NCBI GenBank assembly: GCA_963797095.1
Contig: CAWCNY010000006.1
Span: forward strand, 800,001 to 864,000
DNA: 64,000 bases
Source of the DNA: an uncultured Chloroflexia bacterium
Lineage (GTDB): Bacteria; Chloroflexota; Chloroflexia; QHBQ01; JADMIH01
Reading direction: 5' to 3'
A model generated the notes under the pieces. It was not told the origin of the DNA, ran no database searches, and worked only from the letters and a program-made list of their open reading frames with translations. Of the stretch, positions 1 through 10,473 are shown one piece after another. How positions within the stretch are numbered: the first letter of the stretch is position 1; each line of letters begins with the position of its first letter. Made by a program: the position numbers and the translations under genes.

Positions 1-118
1 AACTAATGCAAAGATCCCGCGCGCTCAACTGCGAGACTAAATAGTGCTAACAGTATGGCAGCGCGTACCTGCTCTGTCAATGCCGCCAACGAACAGGCCA
101 ACAACATTTCGCACCCGC

Positions 119-343
119 CTACTAAATCTTGTGCCAAACATACTACCCTGGACCCTTGAAGAACAGAACTTTTGTGCGGTATAACATGTATAACTCCTAC
201 AACATATTGTGGAAAACTAATCCACAAATCCCCCTTCCAAACTAAATGTTGTGGAAAAACCCCTTGACTCCTCATATCTTGTAGCCTAAGATTTGCAATA
301 CAACATCTTGGGTATGAGATATGAGACCTACAAAATATAGTAT
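119..343. promoter_or_regulatory. Array of NrdR boxes upstream of nrdR-nrdJ
   Basis: 16-bp matches to acaCwAtATaTwGtg at 119-134 (ctaCTAaATcTTGtgc), 197-212 (ctaCAAcATaTTGtgg), 239-254 (aaaCTAaATgTTGtgg), 298-313 (ataCAAcATcTTGggt) and 328-343 (ctaCAAaATaTAGtat), plus a weaker one at 269-284. Confidence 0.8.
166..177. promoter_or_regulatory. Possible LexA (SOS) box
   Basis: GAAC-TTTT-GTGC, one mismatch to GAAC-N4-GTTC. Confidence 0.3.
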
Positions 344-370
344 TTACTGGAAAGCCCAGGGTGCATCACT

Positions 371-883
371 ATGAAATGTCCTTATTGCCACTACGAAGAT
401 ACGCAAGTAACCGACAGCCGCATGGCCGAGGATGGCTCTGCCATCAAGCGACGCCGCCAGTGCAAGAACTGCGGTCGCCGATTCACTACGTACGAGCGAA
501 TCGAGCGGATCGGTCTCACAGTAGTCAAAAAGGACGGCAAGCGCGAGGAGTACAGCCGCGACAAGCTCCACAAAAGCATCATGATCGCCTGTACCAAGCG
601 CCCTGTGCCCGCCGACCGGCTCGAGGAAGCGGTCAACGAAATAGAGGCACAGCTTTTCAGACTGGGCACATCCGAAGTGCCCACCGAAGCAGTAGGCGAA
701 CTGGTCATGCAGAAATTGAGAGAACTTGATGAGGTCGCCTATATCCGTTTCGCTTCCGTCTACCGCAACTTCGCAGACCTCGAGGAAATGCGAGAAGCCA
801 TGGAAGGCATGCCAAGCCTCCACCCGGATGACGTAGCGAAAACGGCTAGAAGAGGCGGCAAAAAGGCAAACGGGAGTTCCTAG
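371..883 (+). CDS. nrdR: Transcriptional repressor NrdR
   Basis: MKCPYC...[16 protein letters not shown] zinc ribbon, VVKKDG ATP-cone and [10 protein letters not shown] motif; lies directly upstream of the RNR gene. Confidence 0.98.
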   Translation: MKCPYCHYEDTQVTDSRMAEDGSAIKRRRQCKNCGRRFTTYERIERIGLTVVKKDGKREEYSRDKLHKSIMIACTKRPVPADRLEEAVNEIEAQLFRLGTSEVPTEAVGELVMQKLRELDEVAYIRFASVYRNFADLEEMREAMEGMPSLHPDDVAKTARRGGKKANGSS

Positions 884-974
884 TTCCTGGTTCCTGGTTC
901 CAAGTTTCGACCCACCCAACCAGGAACCAGGAACCAGGAACCAGGAACCAGGAACCAGGAACCAGGAACTCCCG
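871..974. repeat. Heptamer tandem repeat (AACCAGG)7 with an inverted upstream partner, forming a long hairpin
   Basis: AACCAGG x7 at 918-966. 871-901 (cgggagttcctagttcctggttcctggttcc) is complementary to 944-974 with one mismatch. Confidence 0.9.
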
Positions 975-990
975 CCCACAGGAGGCACAC

Positions 991-3900
991 GTGCATATTC
1001 CACGACACTACACCAAATCCGATGACGCATTCGAGGGGTTGAGCTTCGTTCCACGCACGTCCAAGATCATCAATCCGGACGGCAAAGCAGTTTTCCTGGC
1101 CGAGAACGTCCAGATACCCGAGACATGGGATCAGGTAGCTCTCGATATCCTGGCACAGAAATACTTCCGCAGGGCAGGCGTGCCCAAGGCGCTGAAGAAG
1201 ATCAAAGAAAAAGGCGTTCCAGAGTGGCTCTGGCGCTCCGTCCCCGACGATGCCGCCCTCTCCGAGCTACCCGATAACGAGCGCTACGGCGGCGAAACCA
1301 ACTCGCGCCAGGTGTTCCACCGCCTCGCGGGCTGCTGGACCTACTGGGGCTGGAAGGGCGGCTATTTCTCCTCCGAAGCCGACGCCCGCAACTACTACAA
1401 CGAGATGCGCTTCATGCTCGCCACGCAGCGAGCCGCCCCCAACTCTCCTCAGTGGTTCAACACCGGCTTGCACTGGGCTTACGGCATCGAAGGCCCACCC
1501 CAGGGCCACCACTACGTGGACGACGCCACGGGCGAGCTAAAGAAATCGACCTCCGCCTACGAGCGACCACAACCCCATGCTTGCGCTCGTGGCAACACAA
1601 AGCTTTTCACCTCCCAGGGCGTTTATCAAATCGGCGAAGTGGTAGAGAACAACCTGATCAATCTTCAAGTCTTTGACGGCGATCGTTTTGTCAAGGTGCT
1701 TGCAGTCAAGAATAATGGGGTTCGGCAGATATTCCGGGCCACTTTGCGAAATGGCAACTTCATCGAATTCACTGACGATCACTTGATCCTTACTGCTGAC
1801 AAGCGCAGCAAGGATGGTGGCTCGTATTCCTGGCAAGAACTAAGGACCATTCTTGGCAACAAGGTTCAGCAGATTAGCTTGCAAACGGTTCCCAGCCGAC
1901 TTGAAGCAGAGCTAGCCCTTGCTGAGGTAAATAGACTGTTTGCTGGCTCTGTTGGACAAGGTAAGTCAAATCTCTCGTCTGAGACGATAGGAACTGTCTT
2001 GGGTCAGGAGCAAGAGCCAGGTGCTGATGACTTGGCGGTCGCCAAAGCTGCTCTGGCAGGTTGGATACTTGGTGATGGCTACTATGGCAAATACAATCGT
2101 AATCAAAAGACTACTCTCTTTGGTGCGATCACCATAAATGACGACGAATATGCTTATGTTACTCGACTATTCACAAGCATATTTGGCGAATACAGGACAG
2201 CTGTTCGCCGAAATGTCCACGACCTCTATCGGACCGTGAAACTCGATTCCAAACGAGTTGACAGCTTTGTGGAAGAGTATGAGCTTAACTCTTCTTCCTA
2301 TACAGCCAATGTCCCACAACTCATCTTCAAAGGCTCTATCGCTGAGAAGCGTGCATTCTTGCGCAGTTTGTTTCAGGCTGATGGTTGTGCACGAATTCGT
2401 AAGGATAAAGGCCGAAACTCAGGTGATGTAATTCTATCAACCATCTCCGAAGAACTAGCTCATGACGTTCTCACCCTTCTCCTTAGTCTGGGCATCTATT
2501 CCACCATCTCCTCTTCTGAAGATGCGAGAGAGAATAGAAAGCGTCTCTATCAAGTCTCTATCTCCTATCATTCGGAGCGTCGCAAGTTTGAAGACTTGAT
2601 TGGTTTTGTTTCTTCAGATAAGATCGCCAAACTTCGCCTATTGAACGAATCGGTTGAAGGCAAGACTACGTCAGCATTATCAGAAGAAACCGTGATGTCC
2701 ATTGACTTCATAGGCGAAGAAGAAGTCTACGACATCCAGACCGAAACAGGTCGCTTCCTTGCCAATGGCGTAGTCGTACACAACTGCTTCATCCAGTCGG
2801 TGGACGATGATCTCGTCAACCCCGGCGGCATCATGGACCTGTGGGTGCGCGAGGCCCGCATCTTCAAGTACGGCTCCGGCACAGGCTCCAACTTCTCCAA
2901 CATGCGCGGCGAGAACGAGCCTCTCTCCGGCGGCGGCAAGTCCTCCGGCCTTCTTTCCTTCCTCAAGATCGGCGACCGCGCGGCGGGCGCAATCAAGTCG
3001 GGAGGCACCACCCGCCGCGCCGCCAAGATGGTCATTGTCGACATCGACCACCCCGACATCGAGCGCTTCATCGACTGGAAAGTGGTCGAGGAGCAGAAGG
3101 TGGCCGCCCTCGTCGCCGGCTCCATCATGTGCCGCAAGCACATCAACGCCACCATGGCCGCCTGGCACGCCCTTCACGAAGCTAAAGAAGCCGACAAGCT
3201 CGCAGCCGAGAAAGCCTACAAGAAATCGATCCGCGAAGCCCGAGCCGCAGGCGTCCCCGACGGCCTGATCGCTCGCGGCCTCGCCCTCGCCGAGCAGGGC
3301 GACAAGACCTTCGACTTCCCAATCTACGACACCGACTGGGAGAGCGAAGCCTACGTGACCGTCTCCGGCCAGAACGCCAACAACTCCGTCCGCATGTCCA
3401 ACGACTTCATCGAAGCCGTCCAGCGCGACCACGATTGGCACCTCACTCGCCGCGTCGACAAGAAGGTCTCCAAGACCCTCCCCGCCCGCGACCTGTGGGC
3501 CCGCATAGGCCGCGCGGCCTGGGCCAGCGCCGACCCCGGTGTCCAGTACGACACCACCATCAACGAGTGGCACACCTGCCCCAACGATGGCCGCATCAAC
3601 GGCTCCAACCCCTGCTCCGAGTACATGTTCCTGGACGACACCGCCTGTATCGCGCCTGATACAAGGATCAGCACGCCCAATGGTTTGCGTACAGTAGCAG
3701 AACTATACGCCGCGCAGGAGCATGGCGAAAATGTATTCGTTACTACCGATCTCTATTCCGAACATGACCATCGCCGTATCACTTCTCATCGTCCGGCATA
3801 TGTTACGCAGGTTGGTGAGCGCGAGGTTTACAGGGTAACCCTCCAAGATGGTCGCTCTGTACGTGCTACCGCCGACCATCGTTTCCTGACCGACAAAGGT

Positions 3901-6900
3901 GAATGGAAGCAAGTTGATGAGTTGGCGGTGGGCCGGGATCGCCTCAGCATACGCGAAAGTGGGAATCCCATAGCCTACACATCTTCTGAAGATGATATCA
4001 AGCGCTGGCAGATGCTGGGCTGGCTCACCGGTGATGGCGTCTTCTCGGAAGGCATAGCTGCACTCGTTTTTGGCCCCGATGAAGGCGAAACCGCCCGCCA
4101 GATGGAAGGCGAGTTCAACCGCCTTGTGGCAGATTCTTATGCTCATGTAGCAACTTCTCCATCCTCAGGTAACGACTTTACTTCTTGGCCTGAATACTCC
4201 TCTACGAATACATCTCAGAGCACAACCGGTGTGCTTGAGCGAGCCTCTATTCGAGCTACCGCGCCCTACAAACTCTGTCACATCGGCGTCCAGAAGAGCG
4301 GTGTGATGCAGATTAGCTCGCAAGCGAAGCCTCTCATACAGCACCTGGAGCAGCACTACGGCTTCAAGCAGGGCACAGCTATCCACAAAGATGTGCCTTC
4401 CTCTATTCACCGAGTGGCTGACGATCTCAAAGTTGCTTACCTTCAGGGTCTTTTCTCCGCAGACGGCACGCTCCGTCCTAACTACACCGAGCATGAGGTG
4501 ATGCTGGCCTCATCCTCGCCTGAGCTATTGCGCTCAGTGCAATTGCTCCTGTCCGATTTCGGTATAGTGAGCAGGATCACCTGGATGCACCCCACGGGCC
4601 GCAAGAATCCACAGGGTCAACTCCACATATACAATCAGCAGGCGCGCAAGTTCCTCACTCTCTTGGGCTTCCCTTGCTCGGTTAGCAAGAACGCCCTCGC
4701 ACAGGAGATACTGAGCCAGCCGTTCCACGGCGCTCTCAAGAACCCACGCCCATCTCGTGTAGTCTCTATCGAGGCTGAGGGCATAACTACAGTGTTCGAT
4801 ATTACCGAGCCTGTCACCCACTCATTCATCGCTGAGGGCATGGTCACGCACAACTGCAACCTCGCGTCCCTCAACCTGATGCACTACCTCAACGGCGACC
4901 CCGATACCATCATCGACGTAGAGGCATACAAGCACGCCTGCCGCCTCTGGACCCTCACCCTCGAAATCTCGGTCGCGATGGCCCAGTACCCATCCGAGAA
5001 GATCGCCGAGCTATCCTACCTCTACCGCACCCTCGGCCTCGGCTACGCCAACCTCGGCGCGCTCCTCATGCGCCTCGGCATCCCCTACGACTCCCCTCGC
5101 GGCTACGCCCTCTGCGGCGCTTTCACCGCCATCATGACAGGCGTCGCCTACGCCACCTCCGCCGAGATCGCCTCCGAGTTGGGTGCCTTCAAGCAATTCG
5201 AGGCCAACCGCGACCCCATGCTCCGCGTGATCCGCAACCACCGTCGCGCCGCCTACAACGCCCCCAACTCCGAGTACGAGGGCCTCACCGTCAAGCCCTC
5301 CGGCATCTCCCCCGCCAACTGCCCTCCCGGCCTCCTAGCCGCCGCCAAAGAAGCGTGGGACGACGCCCTCGAAAAAGGCGAGACCTCAGGCTACCGTAAC
5401 GCCCAGGTCACCGTGATCGCTCCCACAGGCACTATCGGCCTCGTCATGTCCTGCGACACCACAGGCATCGAGCCAGATTTTGCCCTCGTCAAGTTCAAGA
5501 AGCTGGCAGGCGGCGGCTACTTCAAGATCATCAACCAGTCGGTGCCGCCCGCCCTCGCCTACCTCGGCTACTCCGACGAGCAGATCGACGACATCATCAA
5601 GTACGCGGTAGGTCACGGCACCCTCAAAGGCTCGCCCGCCATCACCCACGACAACCTCCGCCTGCTCGGCTTCGACGATGCCGCCCTTGAGCGCATCGAG
5701 TCGGCCCTCCCCTCGGCCTTCGAGCTTGGGTTCGCCTTTAGCCCCTTCGTCCTCGGCGAAGAGTTCTGCAAGGACACCCTCGGCCTCACCGACGACCAGC
5801 TAAACGACCGCGCTGGCATCCTTCCCGCCCTCGGCTTCACCAAAGCCGATATCGCCGCCGCCAACGACTACGTGTGCGGCACCATGACCGTCGAGGGCGC
5901 GCCCCACCTGAAGGACGAGCACCTCAACATCTTCGATTGCGCCAACAAGTGCGGTCGCAAGGGCACGCGCTACCTCTCCCCCTCCTCCCACCTCCACATG
6001 ATGGCCGCCGCCCAGCCCTTCATCACTGGCGCTATCTCCAAGACCATCAACATGCCCCAGGGCGCGACCATCTCCGAGATCGGCGACATCTACATGAAGT
6101 CGTGGCGGCTCATGCTCAAGGCCGTCGCCATCTACCGCGACAACTCCAAGCTGTCTCAACCCCTCAACTCGGCCATCGCCGATGACGAAGAAGAAGAGGA
6201 AGAAGAGGCCGCTATCCCCATCGACAAGCGCATCATGGAGATCGCGGCAGCGGGCGCGCAGGCCGTCCAGACCTCCTACATCGCCCGCCGCCAGAAACTC
6301 CCCAACCGACGCGCCGGTTACACCCAGAAGGCCAACATCGCCGGTCACAACCTCTACATCCGCACAGGCGAGTATGTGGACGGACGCCTCGGCGAGATCT
6401 TCATCGACATGCACAAAGAGGGCGCGGCCTTCCGCTCCGTCATGAACTGCTTCGCCATCGCCGTCTCTCTCGGCCTCCAGTACGGCGTGCCCCTCGAAGA
6501 GTTCGTTGATGCCTTCATCTACACCCGCTTCGAGCCTGCGGGCCGCGTGATCGGCAACGACCACATCAAAATGGTCACCTCCGTTATCGACTACATCTTC
6601 CGCGAGCTAGCCATCTGCTACCTCGACCGCCTCGAACTGGCCCACCTCCCCGAAGGCGAGCAGGGTCGTGGCAACTCGGTCCAGAACCTCGAAGGCCCCA
6701 AAAGGCCCACAGTGAACATCGGCCCCGCAACCAAGGCCACCCCCTCCATGCACCTCGCCTCCCCCGCCCACACCAACGGCAATGGTAACGGCAACGGCCA
6801 CGCCAAGGCCCCCAACGGCAACGGCTCCTCCTCAGCCGCCATCACCCTCACAGCCACAGCCGTAGTGCCCAAAGCCTCCACAGCCACAGCCACCCCCACC

Positions 6901-7044
6901 TCTACCAAAACCTCGGCCATAGCCGAAGCCCGCCTGAAAGGCTACGAAGGCGAATCCTGCCGGGAATGCGGCAACTTCACGTTAGTGCGTAACGGTACCT
7001 GCCTCAAATGCAACACCTGTGGGAGCACTAGCGGATGTAGCTAG
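991..7044 (+). CDS. nrdJ: Vitamin B12-dependent (class II) ribonucleotide reductase precursor with two inteins; about 1213 aa after splicing
   Basis: [30 protein letters not shown] (thiyl radical Cys), CNLASLN, APTGTIG, C-terminal TSCPD-like domain and CxxC..CxxC..GCS tail; AGGAGG RBS at 980-985. Confidence 0.97.
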   Translation: MHIPRHYTKSDDAFEGLSFVPRTSKIINPDGKAVFLAENVQIPETWDQVALDILAQKYFRRAGVPKALKKIKEKGVPEWLWRSVPDDAALSELPDNERYGGETNSRQVFHRLAGCWTYWGWKGGYFSSEADARNYYNEMRFMLATQRAAPNSPQWFNTGLHWAYGIEGPPQGHHYVDDATGELKKSTSAYERPQPHACARGNTKLFTSQGVYQIGEVVENNLINLQVFDGDRFVKVLAVKNNGVRQIFRATLRNGNFIEFTDDHLILTADKRSKDGGSYSWQELRTILGNKVQQISLQTVPSRLEAELALAEVNRLFAGSVGQGKSNLSSETIGTVLGQEQEPGADDLAVAKAALAGWILGDGYYGKYNRNQKTTLFGAITINDDEYAYVTRLFTSIFGEYRTAVRRNVHDLYRTVKLDSKRVDSFVEEYELNSSSYTANVPQLIFKGSIAEKRAFLRSLFQADGCARIRKDKGRNSGDVILSTISEELAHDVLTLLLSLGIYSTISSSEDARENRKRLYQVSISYHSERRKFEDLIGFVSSDKIAKLRLLNESVEGKTTSALSEETVMSIDFIGEEEVYDIQTETGRFLANGVVVHNCFIQSVDDDLVNPGGIMDLWVREARIFKYGSGTGSNFSNMRGENEPLSGGGKSSGLLSFLKIGDRAAGAIKSGGTTRRAAKMVIVDIDHPDIERFIDWKVVEEQKVAALVAGSIMCRKHINATMAAWHALHEAKEADKLAAEKAYKKSIREARAAGVPDGLIARGLALAEQGDKTFDFPIYDTDWESEAYVTVSGQNANNSVRMSNDFIEAVQRDHDWHLTRRVDKKVSKTLPARDLWARIGRAAWASADPGVQYDTTINEWHTCPNDGRINGSNPCSEYMFLDDTACIAPDTRISTPNGLRTVAELYAAQEHGENVFVTTDLYSEHDHRRITSHRPAYVTQVGEREVYRVTLQDGRSVRATADHRFLTDKGEWKQVDELAVGRDRLSIRESGNPIAYTSSEDDIKRWQMLGWLTGDGVFSEGIAALVFGPDEGETARQMEGEFNRLVADSYAHVATSPSSGNDFTSWPEYSSTNTSQSTTGVLERASIRATAPYKLCHIGVQKSGVMQISSQAKPLIQHLEQHYGFKQGTAIHKDVPSSIHRVADDLKVAYLQGLFSADGTLRPNYTEHEVMLASSSPELLRSVQLLLSDFGIVSRITWMHPTGRKNPQGQLHIYNQQARKFLTLLGFPCSVSKNALAQEILSQPFHGALKNPRPSRVVSIEAEGITTVFDITEPVTHSFIAEGMVTHNCNLASLNLMHYLNGDPDTIIDVEAYKHACRLWTLTLEISVAMAQYPSEKIAELSYLYRTLGLGYANLGALLMRLGIPYDSPRGYALCGAFTAIMTGVAYATSAEIASELGAFKQFEANRDPMLRVIRNHRRAAYNAPNSEYEGLTVKPSGISPANCPPGLLAAAKEAWDDALEKGETSGYRNAQVTVIAPTGTIGLVMSCDTTGIEPDFALVKFKKLAGGGYFKIINQSVPPALAYLGYSDEQIDDIIKYAVGHGTLKGSPAITHDNLRLLGFDDAALERIESALPSAFELGFAFSPFVLGEEFCKDTLGLTDDQLNDRAGILPALGFTKADIAAANDYVCGTMTVEGAPHLKDEHLNIFDCANKCGRKGTRYLSPSSHLHMMAAAQPFITGAISKTINMPQGATISEIGDIYMKSWRLMLKAVAIYRDNSKLSQPLNSAIADDEEEEEEEAAIPIDKRIMEIAAAGAQAVQTSYIARRQKLPNRRAGYTQKANIAGHNLYIRTGEYVDGRLGEIFIDMHKEGAAFRSVMNCFAIAVSLGLQYGVPLEEFVDAFIYTRFEPAGRVIGNDHIKMVTSVIDYIFRELAICYLDRLELAHLPEGEQGRGNSVQNLEGPKRPTVNIGPATKATPSMHLASPAHTNGNGNGNGHAKAPNGNGSSSAAITLTATAVVPKASTATATPTSTKTSAIAEARLKGYEGESCRECGNFTLVRNGTCLKCNTCGSTSGCS
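1582..2784 (+). mobile_element. Intein 1 in NrdJ (401 aa) with LAGLIDADG homing endonuclease
   Basis: Starts at C (PQPHA|CARGNTK), has block B TDDH and LAGLIDADG-like motifs LAGWILGDG and [10 protein letters not shown], ends VVVHN|CFIQ. Codon usage is visibly AT-richer than the extein. Confidence 0.95.
3646..4854 (+). mobile_element. Intein 2 in NrdJ (403 aa) with LAGLIDADG homing endonuclease
   Basis: Starts at C (DDTA|CIAPDTRI), has block B TADH and motifs MLGWLTGDG and [10 protein letters not shown], ends MVTHN|CNLAS. Confidence 0.95.
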
Positions 7045-7075
7045 CTATGTGACATAGCAATCACACCAAGAAACC

Positions 7076-7109
7076 GAGGCGAGCAACAGTTATGACTGTT
7101 GCTCGCCTC
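7076..7109. terminator. Hairpin between the convergent nrdJ and antitoxin genes
   Basis: gaggcgagcaacagt-tatg-actgttgctcgcctc, perfect 15-bp stem. Confidence 0.75.
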
Positions 7110-7151
7110 ACTTTCGACTCTCTAATACGTCTACATCATGACGCTATTTTC

Positions 7152-7529
7152 CTATTTCGAAGTAGATATCGCAGTCACCGAATTTGCTACAACCTCACTA
7201 AGTGGTTCGATAACCATATTGCCAGTCACCGTCAAACTGTATGGAAACGTTTGAGTAACCATTGTTTGAAATGGTGTGCTAGGTTGCATCCATACTGGTT
7301 TGCCTTGGTTTCCCCTACCTAGAGCCTTTTCAATTGCGGCTTCCCGGATGAAGGCAGATAGTTTCATATGCATTTGTTCGGCCCGCCCTGCCACGAGCTC
7401 AAAATCTTCCTGTGCAAACGCCACAGACACTATGCTGCGGCTTTGCTTTACCGGAGTTCTTTCTTCTGCACTAGAAAAATCCCAATTGCTTGGATTTGAA
7501 AGGTCGTCCTGTTGGTTTTTCGCATTCAT
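7152..7529 (-). CDS. Putative RHH/CopG (BrnA-like) antitoxin with C-terminal extension, 125 aa
   Basis: ATG overlaps the toxin stop (ATGA) and has an AAGGAG RBS. WDFSSAE then IVSVAF..EDFELV..RA..MKLSAFIREAA matches an RHH pattern. Confidence 0.7.
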   Translation of the reverse strand: MNAKNQQDDLSNPSNWDFSSAEERTPVKQSRSIVSVAFAQEDFELVAGRAEQMHMKLSAFIREAAIEKALGRGNQGKPVWMQPSTPFQTMVTQTFPYSLTVTGNMVIEPLSEVVANSVTAISTSK

Positions 7530-7858
7530 TCTTTCCTCTCCTTTTTGGTCAGTGCTGTAAGTTCGCTTTCTTTGCAGTACCAGCCTGTCACCGGTCGCCA
7601 TATTGCCTTATCAATTGTCGGTTCGATGGGGATTGTGATACAGGCCCCTCCATTATCTTTTCCGATCAGCAAAAGAGGAGCCCGCCGCCCTTTTCGATTT
7701 GGGACCACAATATGTTTGTTCAGTAATATCTGTGCAACCTGCCGTGGCGTGAGCCTGCGCGACGCAAGTTTGTCCTCATTCTCGTCATCAAAGGCAAATC
7801 CATCGATGAATGATATTGACAGATCCAAACCACTGTAGTATAATAGCCGCAGAAACAC
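7526..7858 (-). CDS. Putative BrnT-like (RelE-fold) toxin; start codon uncertain
   Basis: FAFDDENEDKL...LTPRQVAQIL...LLIGKDNGG..ITIPI...WRPVTGW matches the BrnT-like layout; translationally coupled to the downstream RHH gene. Confidence 0.65.
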   Translation of the reverse strand: MFLRLLYYSGLDLSISFIDGFAFDDENEDKLASRRLTPRQVAQILLNKHIVVPNRKGRRAPLLLIGKDNGGACITIPIEPTIDKAIWRPVTGWYCKESELTALTKKERKE

Positions 7859-7932
7859 TACAAACCACTACACATCCACGATTGTAGTTAGACATTGGTT
7901 CAATAATAACGCATAAGTGAGCAAAATACAAG

Positions 7933-8397
7933 ATGGAAACTGAAAGAAGCCGAGACATCGCAGACGAAACGAGTGGTGGCATTGATCAAGTAGATTGCGA
8001 ATGGCTCATCTTAGCTGATGGTGCCCAAGTCGCAAACAACAAACTTTACCTAATGGGTGGCGGATGGGATGTATTGACTGTGAATGGAGGATTCCCCGCA
8101 CATAAGCATCTGGGCATTGCCTCCAGCTTCCGAATACCTTGGAACGAGACGAATAGAAAGCACAATATTGAAATTACGATCGCGGACGACGATGCAACTG
8201 AATTGGCCAAGCTAGAGGCCCAAGTGGAGGTTGGTCGCCCTCCGGGTGTACCTTTAGGGCACTCACAGAGAGTGCAACTAGCTCTCGAAACTGTCATGGT
8301 GTTGCCTAAGGCGTGCACGTACGTGATTACCGCGTATATCAATGGGAAAGAAGCTCAGCGAACGACTTTCTTCGTTCGAGCCTTAGCAGCACGCTAG
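7933..8397 (+). CDS. DUF6941-like beta-rich protein
   Basis: ILADGAQV.NNKLYLMGGGWD N-terminal motif and a Y.I...ING.E...TTF C-terminus, recalled from DUF6941 family members. Confidence 0.6.
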   Translation: METERSRDIADETSGGIDQVDCEWLILADGAQVANNKLYLMGGGWDVLTVNGGFPAHKHLGIASSFRIPWNETNRKHNIEITIADDDATELAKLEAQVEVGRPPGVPLGHSQRVQLALETVMVLPKACTYVITAYINGKEAQRTTFFVRALAAR

Positions 8398-8443
8398 TTT
8401 TACTTCTATCGTACAATTTCCAAACACAAAGGAGGTGATTACT

Positions 8444-8575
8444 ATGGCGCGCCGTCGCAAAGGTGGAGGCTATCATTCCACCCATAGTGGTAAATTCGTC
8501 ACGACTAAGTGGGCCGAATCCAAGACAGGTAAAGGCCACACGACCTTCGTAACGAACAAAACCGGTAAGAAGTAG
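8444..8575 (+). CDS. Small basic protein, 43 aa (not in the ORF track)
   Basis: Strong RBS AAAGGAGGTGA, then ATG encoding MARRRKGGGYHSTHSGKFVTTKWAESKTGKGHTTFVTNKTGKK*. Confidence 0.7.
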   Translation: MARRRKGGGYHSTHSGKFVTTKWAESKTGKGHTTFVTNKTGKK

Positions 8576-8834
8576 CAGTATTTAGGAGGCTAGAATTCGA
8601 TGCCTAAGTGGCACCGCTCATCAAGGTCGAGAGCATCGTTGCTGTCGACCTTGATGCTTTCTAAGTTTTCGTGTACTAAGAGATTCTACCAGCATGACAA
8701 ATACAACTTCGCGCCTTCGTTCCCATACCCCCGCTTGCAACCGCAGAACGCTCTTCCCTTACACCCACAAATCTGCCATCACACCCCAGCATAGCGCCCA
8801 TGCCCGCCAAACACCACCTACAGGCTGTTAATCT

Positions 8835-9182
8835 ATGCTAGCCCACTTCACCATCGCAGGCGGCATCCTAGTGTGCCCCGCCTGTGATGGTAACATTGAC
8901 ATAGAGTTCGAACTCCTCGACCATCGCCCAACCCTTGATCCTAGCGCCTGGGATCACGTCGTAGAGTGCAGCATAGACGTCCGATCAGGGCGCATCCGCG
9001 TCTACGGCTGCTTCTCAGACCCCGCCACCGCTCCCACCCTTGACCTGCCGTCCGGCACCTATAGCGTGCTCGTCTATTATGGCGGCTTCGATACGATAGA
9101 CCGATATGGACTCACAGGTGACGACCACTACCGACTCACCTTCTGGCCCGGCACGTTCATTGAGCCTCGCGTGCTCAAATAG
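8835..9182 (+). CDS. Hypothetical protein (ComJ/immunity-like beta fold), probably N-terminally truncated
   Basis: WDHVVECSIDVRSGRI..G, LPSGTY.V.V and DHYRLTFWP motifs; no clear RBS. Confidence 0.5.
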   Translation: MLAHFTIAGGILVCPACDGNIDIEFELLDHRPTLDPSAWDHVVECSIDVRSGRIRVYGCFSDPATAPTLDLPSGTYSVLVYYGGFDTIDRYGLTGDDHYRLTFWPGTFIEPRVLK

Positions 9183-9202
9183 TTCAGCTATCTTCCCAGC
9201 AT

Positions 9203-9248
9203 AGTCCGCGAAGGTGGGCCTCGTTTGCGTAGCCCCCGATTTCAATCG
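9203..9248 (+). repeat. REP-like element, copy 1
   Basis: agtccgcgaaggtgggcctcgtttgcgtagcccccgatttcaatcg, near-identical to 10474-10519 and 11144-11176. Confidence 0.85.
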
Positions 9249-9313
9249 ACAGGCAATCTCTGTTATCATATCCCCACCCTCCGCTCGTCACTCACATATC
9301 ACGTATCAATCTC

Positions 9314-10390
9314 ATGACCACTCTCCCCACCACCCCCACCTCCATCACCGCCGCTTACCTCGACGCCCTCCTGCGCGACTACCCCGACGCGCCCTACAGC
9401 CCCGTAACCGCCTTCACTATAGACCGCCTATCCAAAGGCACCTCAGGCGCGGGCCTCTACGTCGTCACCATCGACCGCGACCCCGCCACCGACCCCCTAC
9501 GCTTCATCCTCAAACTATCCGGCGGCCCCAAAGAAGTCTACTTCTACCGCGACCTCGCCCCCCGCCTCCCCATCGACACCCCCGCCGTCCTCGACGCCCG
9601 CATACTCGACGACGGCACCACCTGGCTCCTCATGGAACAGATCACAGGCGTCAAAGACGGCCTCGCCTGGGACCAATCCGACTACCGCGCCGTCCTCACC
9701 GGCATGGCCCGCCTTCACGCCGCATACTGGTCGCGCCCCGACCTCCTGGCCGGCTGCCCCTGGCTCTGGCGGCCCGACCCCACCTCCCTCCAAACCCTCG
9801 TCGCCGCCCGCAAAACCGACCTCCAAGCCATAGTCGCCTCCACCCTCCCCCAACAGCTACCCAGCATCTTCACCCCCGACCGCCTCTCCCTCGCTCTCCA
9901 CCTCCTCGACCACCCCCACAAACTCTTCGACCCCCTGCTCGCCCCCGGCACCACCCTCGTCCACGGCGACTACTGGTTCCACAACGTCCAGATCACCCGC
10001 ACAGGCCGCATCGTCCTCGTAGACTGGCAAGATCCCCAGACCTGGTCCGGCCTCTGGGAGCTAGCCTACTTCCTCAACCTTCTCCTTCCCGTAAGCGCCA
10101 CCGAATACCGCACATCCCTCCCCCTCGACGAAACCCTCATGATAAACTGCTACACCGCCGCCCTCTCCGACCAGGGCGTATCCCTCCCCCAGCCCGACTT
10201 CGACGCCGCCCTCCTGGCCGCCCGCGTCTGGCACCCCATCCAGCACTGGATACGCCAGTACGGCTACGCCGCCGCCAAAGGCCTTCTCCCCACCGGCGAC
10301 CTTCAGGCCCTCAACCCCGGCGCAGCCCAATTCCTCGCCTCCACCTTCTCCCGCTGGGACCACGACGCCCACACCCTCCTGAACACCTAA
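9314..10390 (+). CDS. Aminoglycoside/choline kinase-like phosphotransferase
   Basis: FILK, KEVYFY, LLME, LVHGDYWFHN (Brenner motif) and LVDWQ. Confidence 0.85.
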   Translation: MTTLPTTPTSITAAYLDALLRDYPDAPYSPVTAFTIDRLSKGTSGAGLYVVTIDRDPATDPLRFILKLSGGPKEVYFYRDLAPRLPIDTPAVLDARILDDGTTWLLMEQITGVKDGLAWDQSDYRAVLTGMARLHAAYWSRPDLLAGCPWLWRPDPTSLQTLVAARKTDLQAIVASTLPQQLPSIFTPDRLSLALHLLDHPHKLFDPLLAPGTTLVHGDYWFHNVQITRTGRIVLVDWQDPQTWSGLWELAYFLNLLLPVSATEYRTSLPLDETLMINCYTAALSDQGVSLPQPDFDAALLAARVWHPIQHWIRQYGYAAAKGLLPTGDLQALNPGAAQFLASTFSRWDHDAHTLLNT

Positions 10391-10473
10391 CCCCAACCAA
10401 CCCCACCAACCAACCCACCAACCAACCCCACCGACCACCCGCCAAACAAAACCCACCTAACTCCCCCCAACCC
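10388..10473 (+). repeat. Degenerate C/A-rich simple repeat (CCAA/CCCACCAA units)
   Basis: ccccaaccaaccccaccaaccaacccaccaaccaaccccaccgaccaccc. Confidence 0.6.

Noticed and set aside
871-974. CRISPR array (also considered for 22507-22546, 56051-56099 and the REP copies)
   Set aside because: The repeats are contiguous or separated by whole genes, with no unique 25-45 bp spacers and no cas genes.
1-990. Cobalamin riboswitch before nrdJ
   Set aside because: No B12-box or conserved core seen; regulation is explained by NrdR boxes.
344-1054. 236-aa minus-strand ORF and other long antisense ORFs across nrdJ, amt, ffh and the crt genes
   Set aside because: They overlap well-supported genes, have no motifs, and are typical of high-GC sequence.
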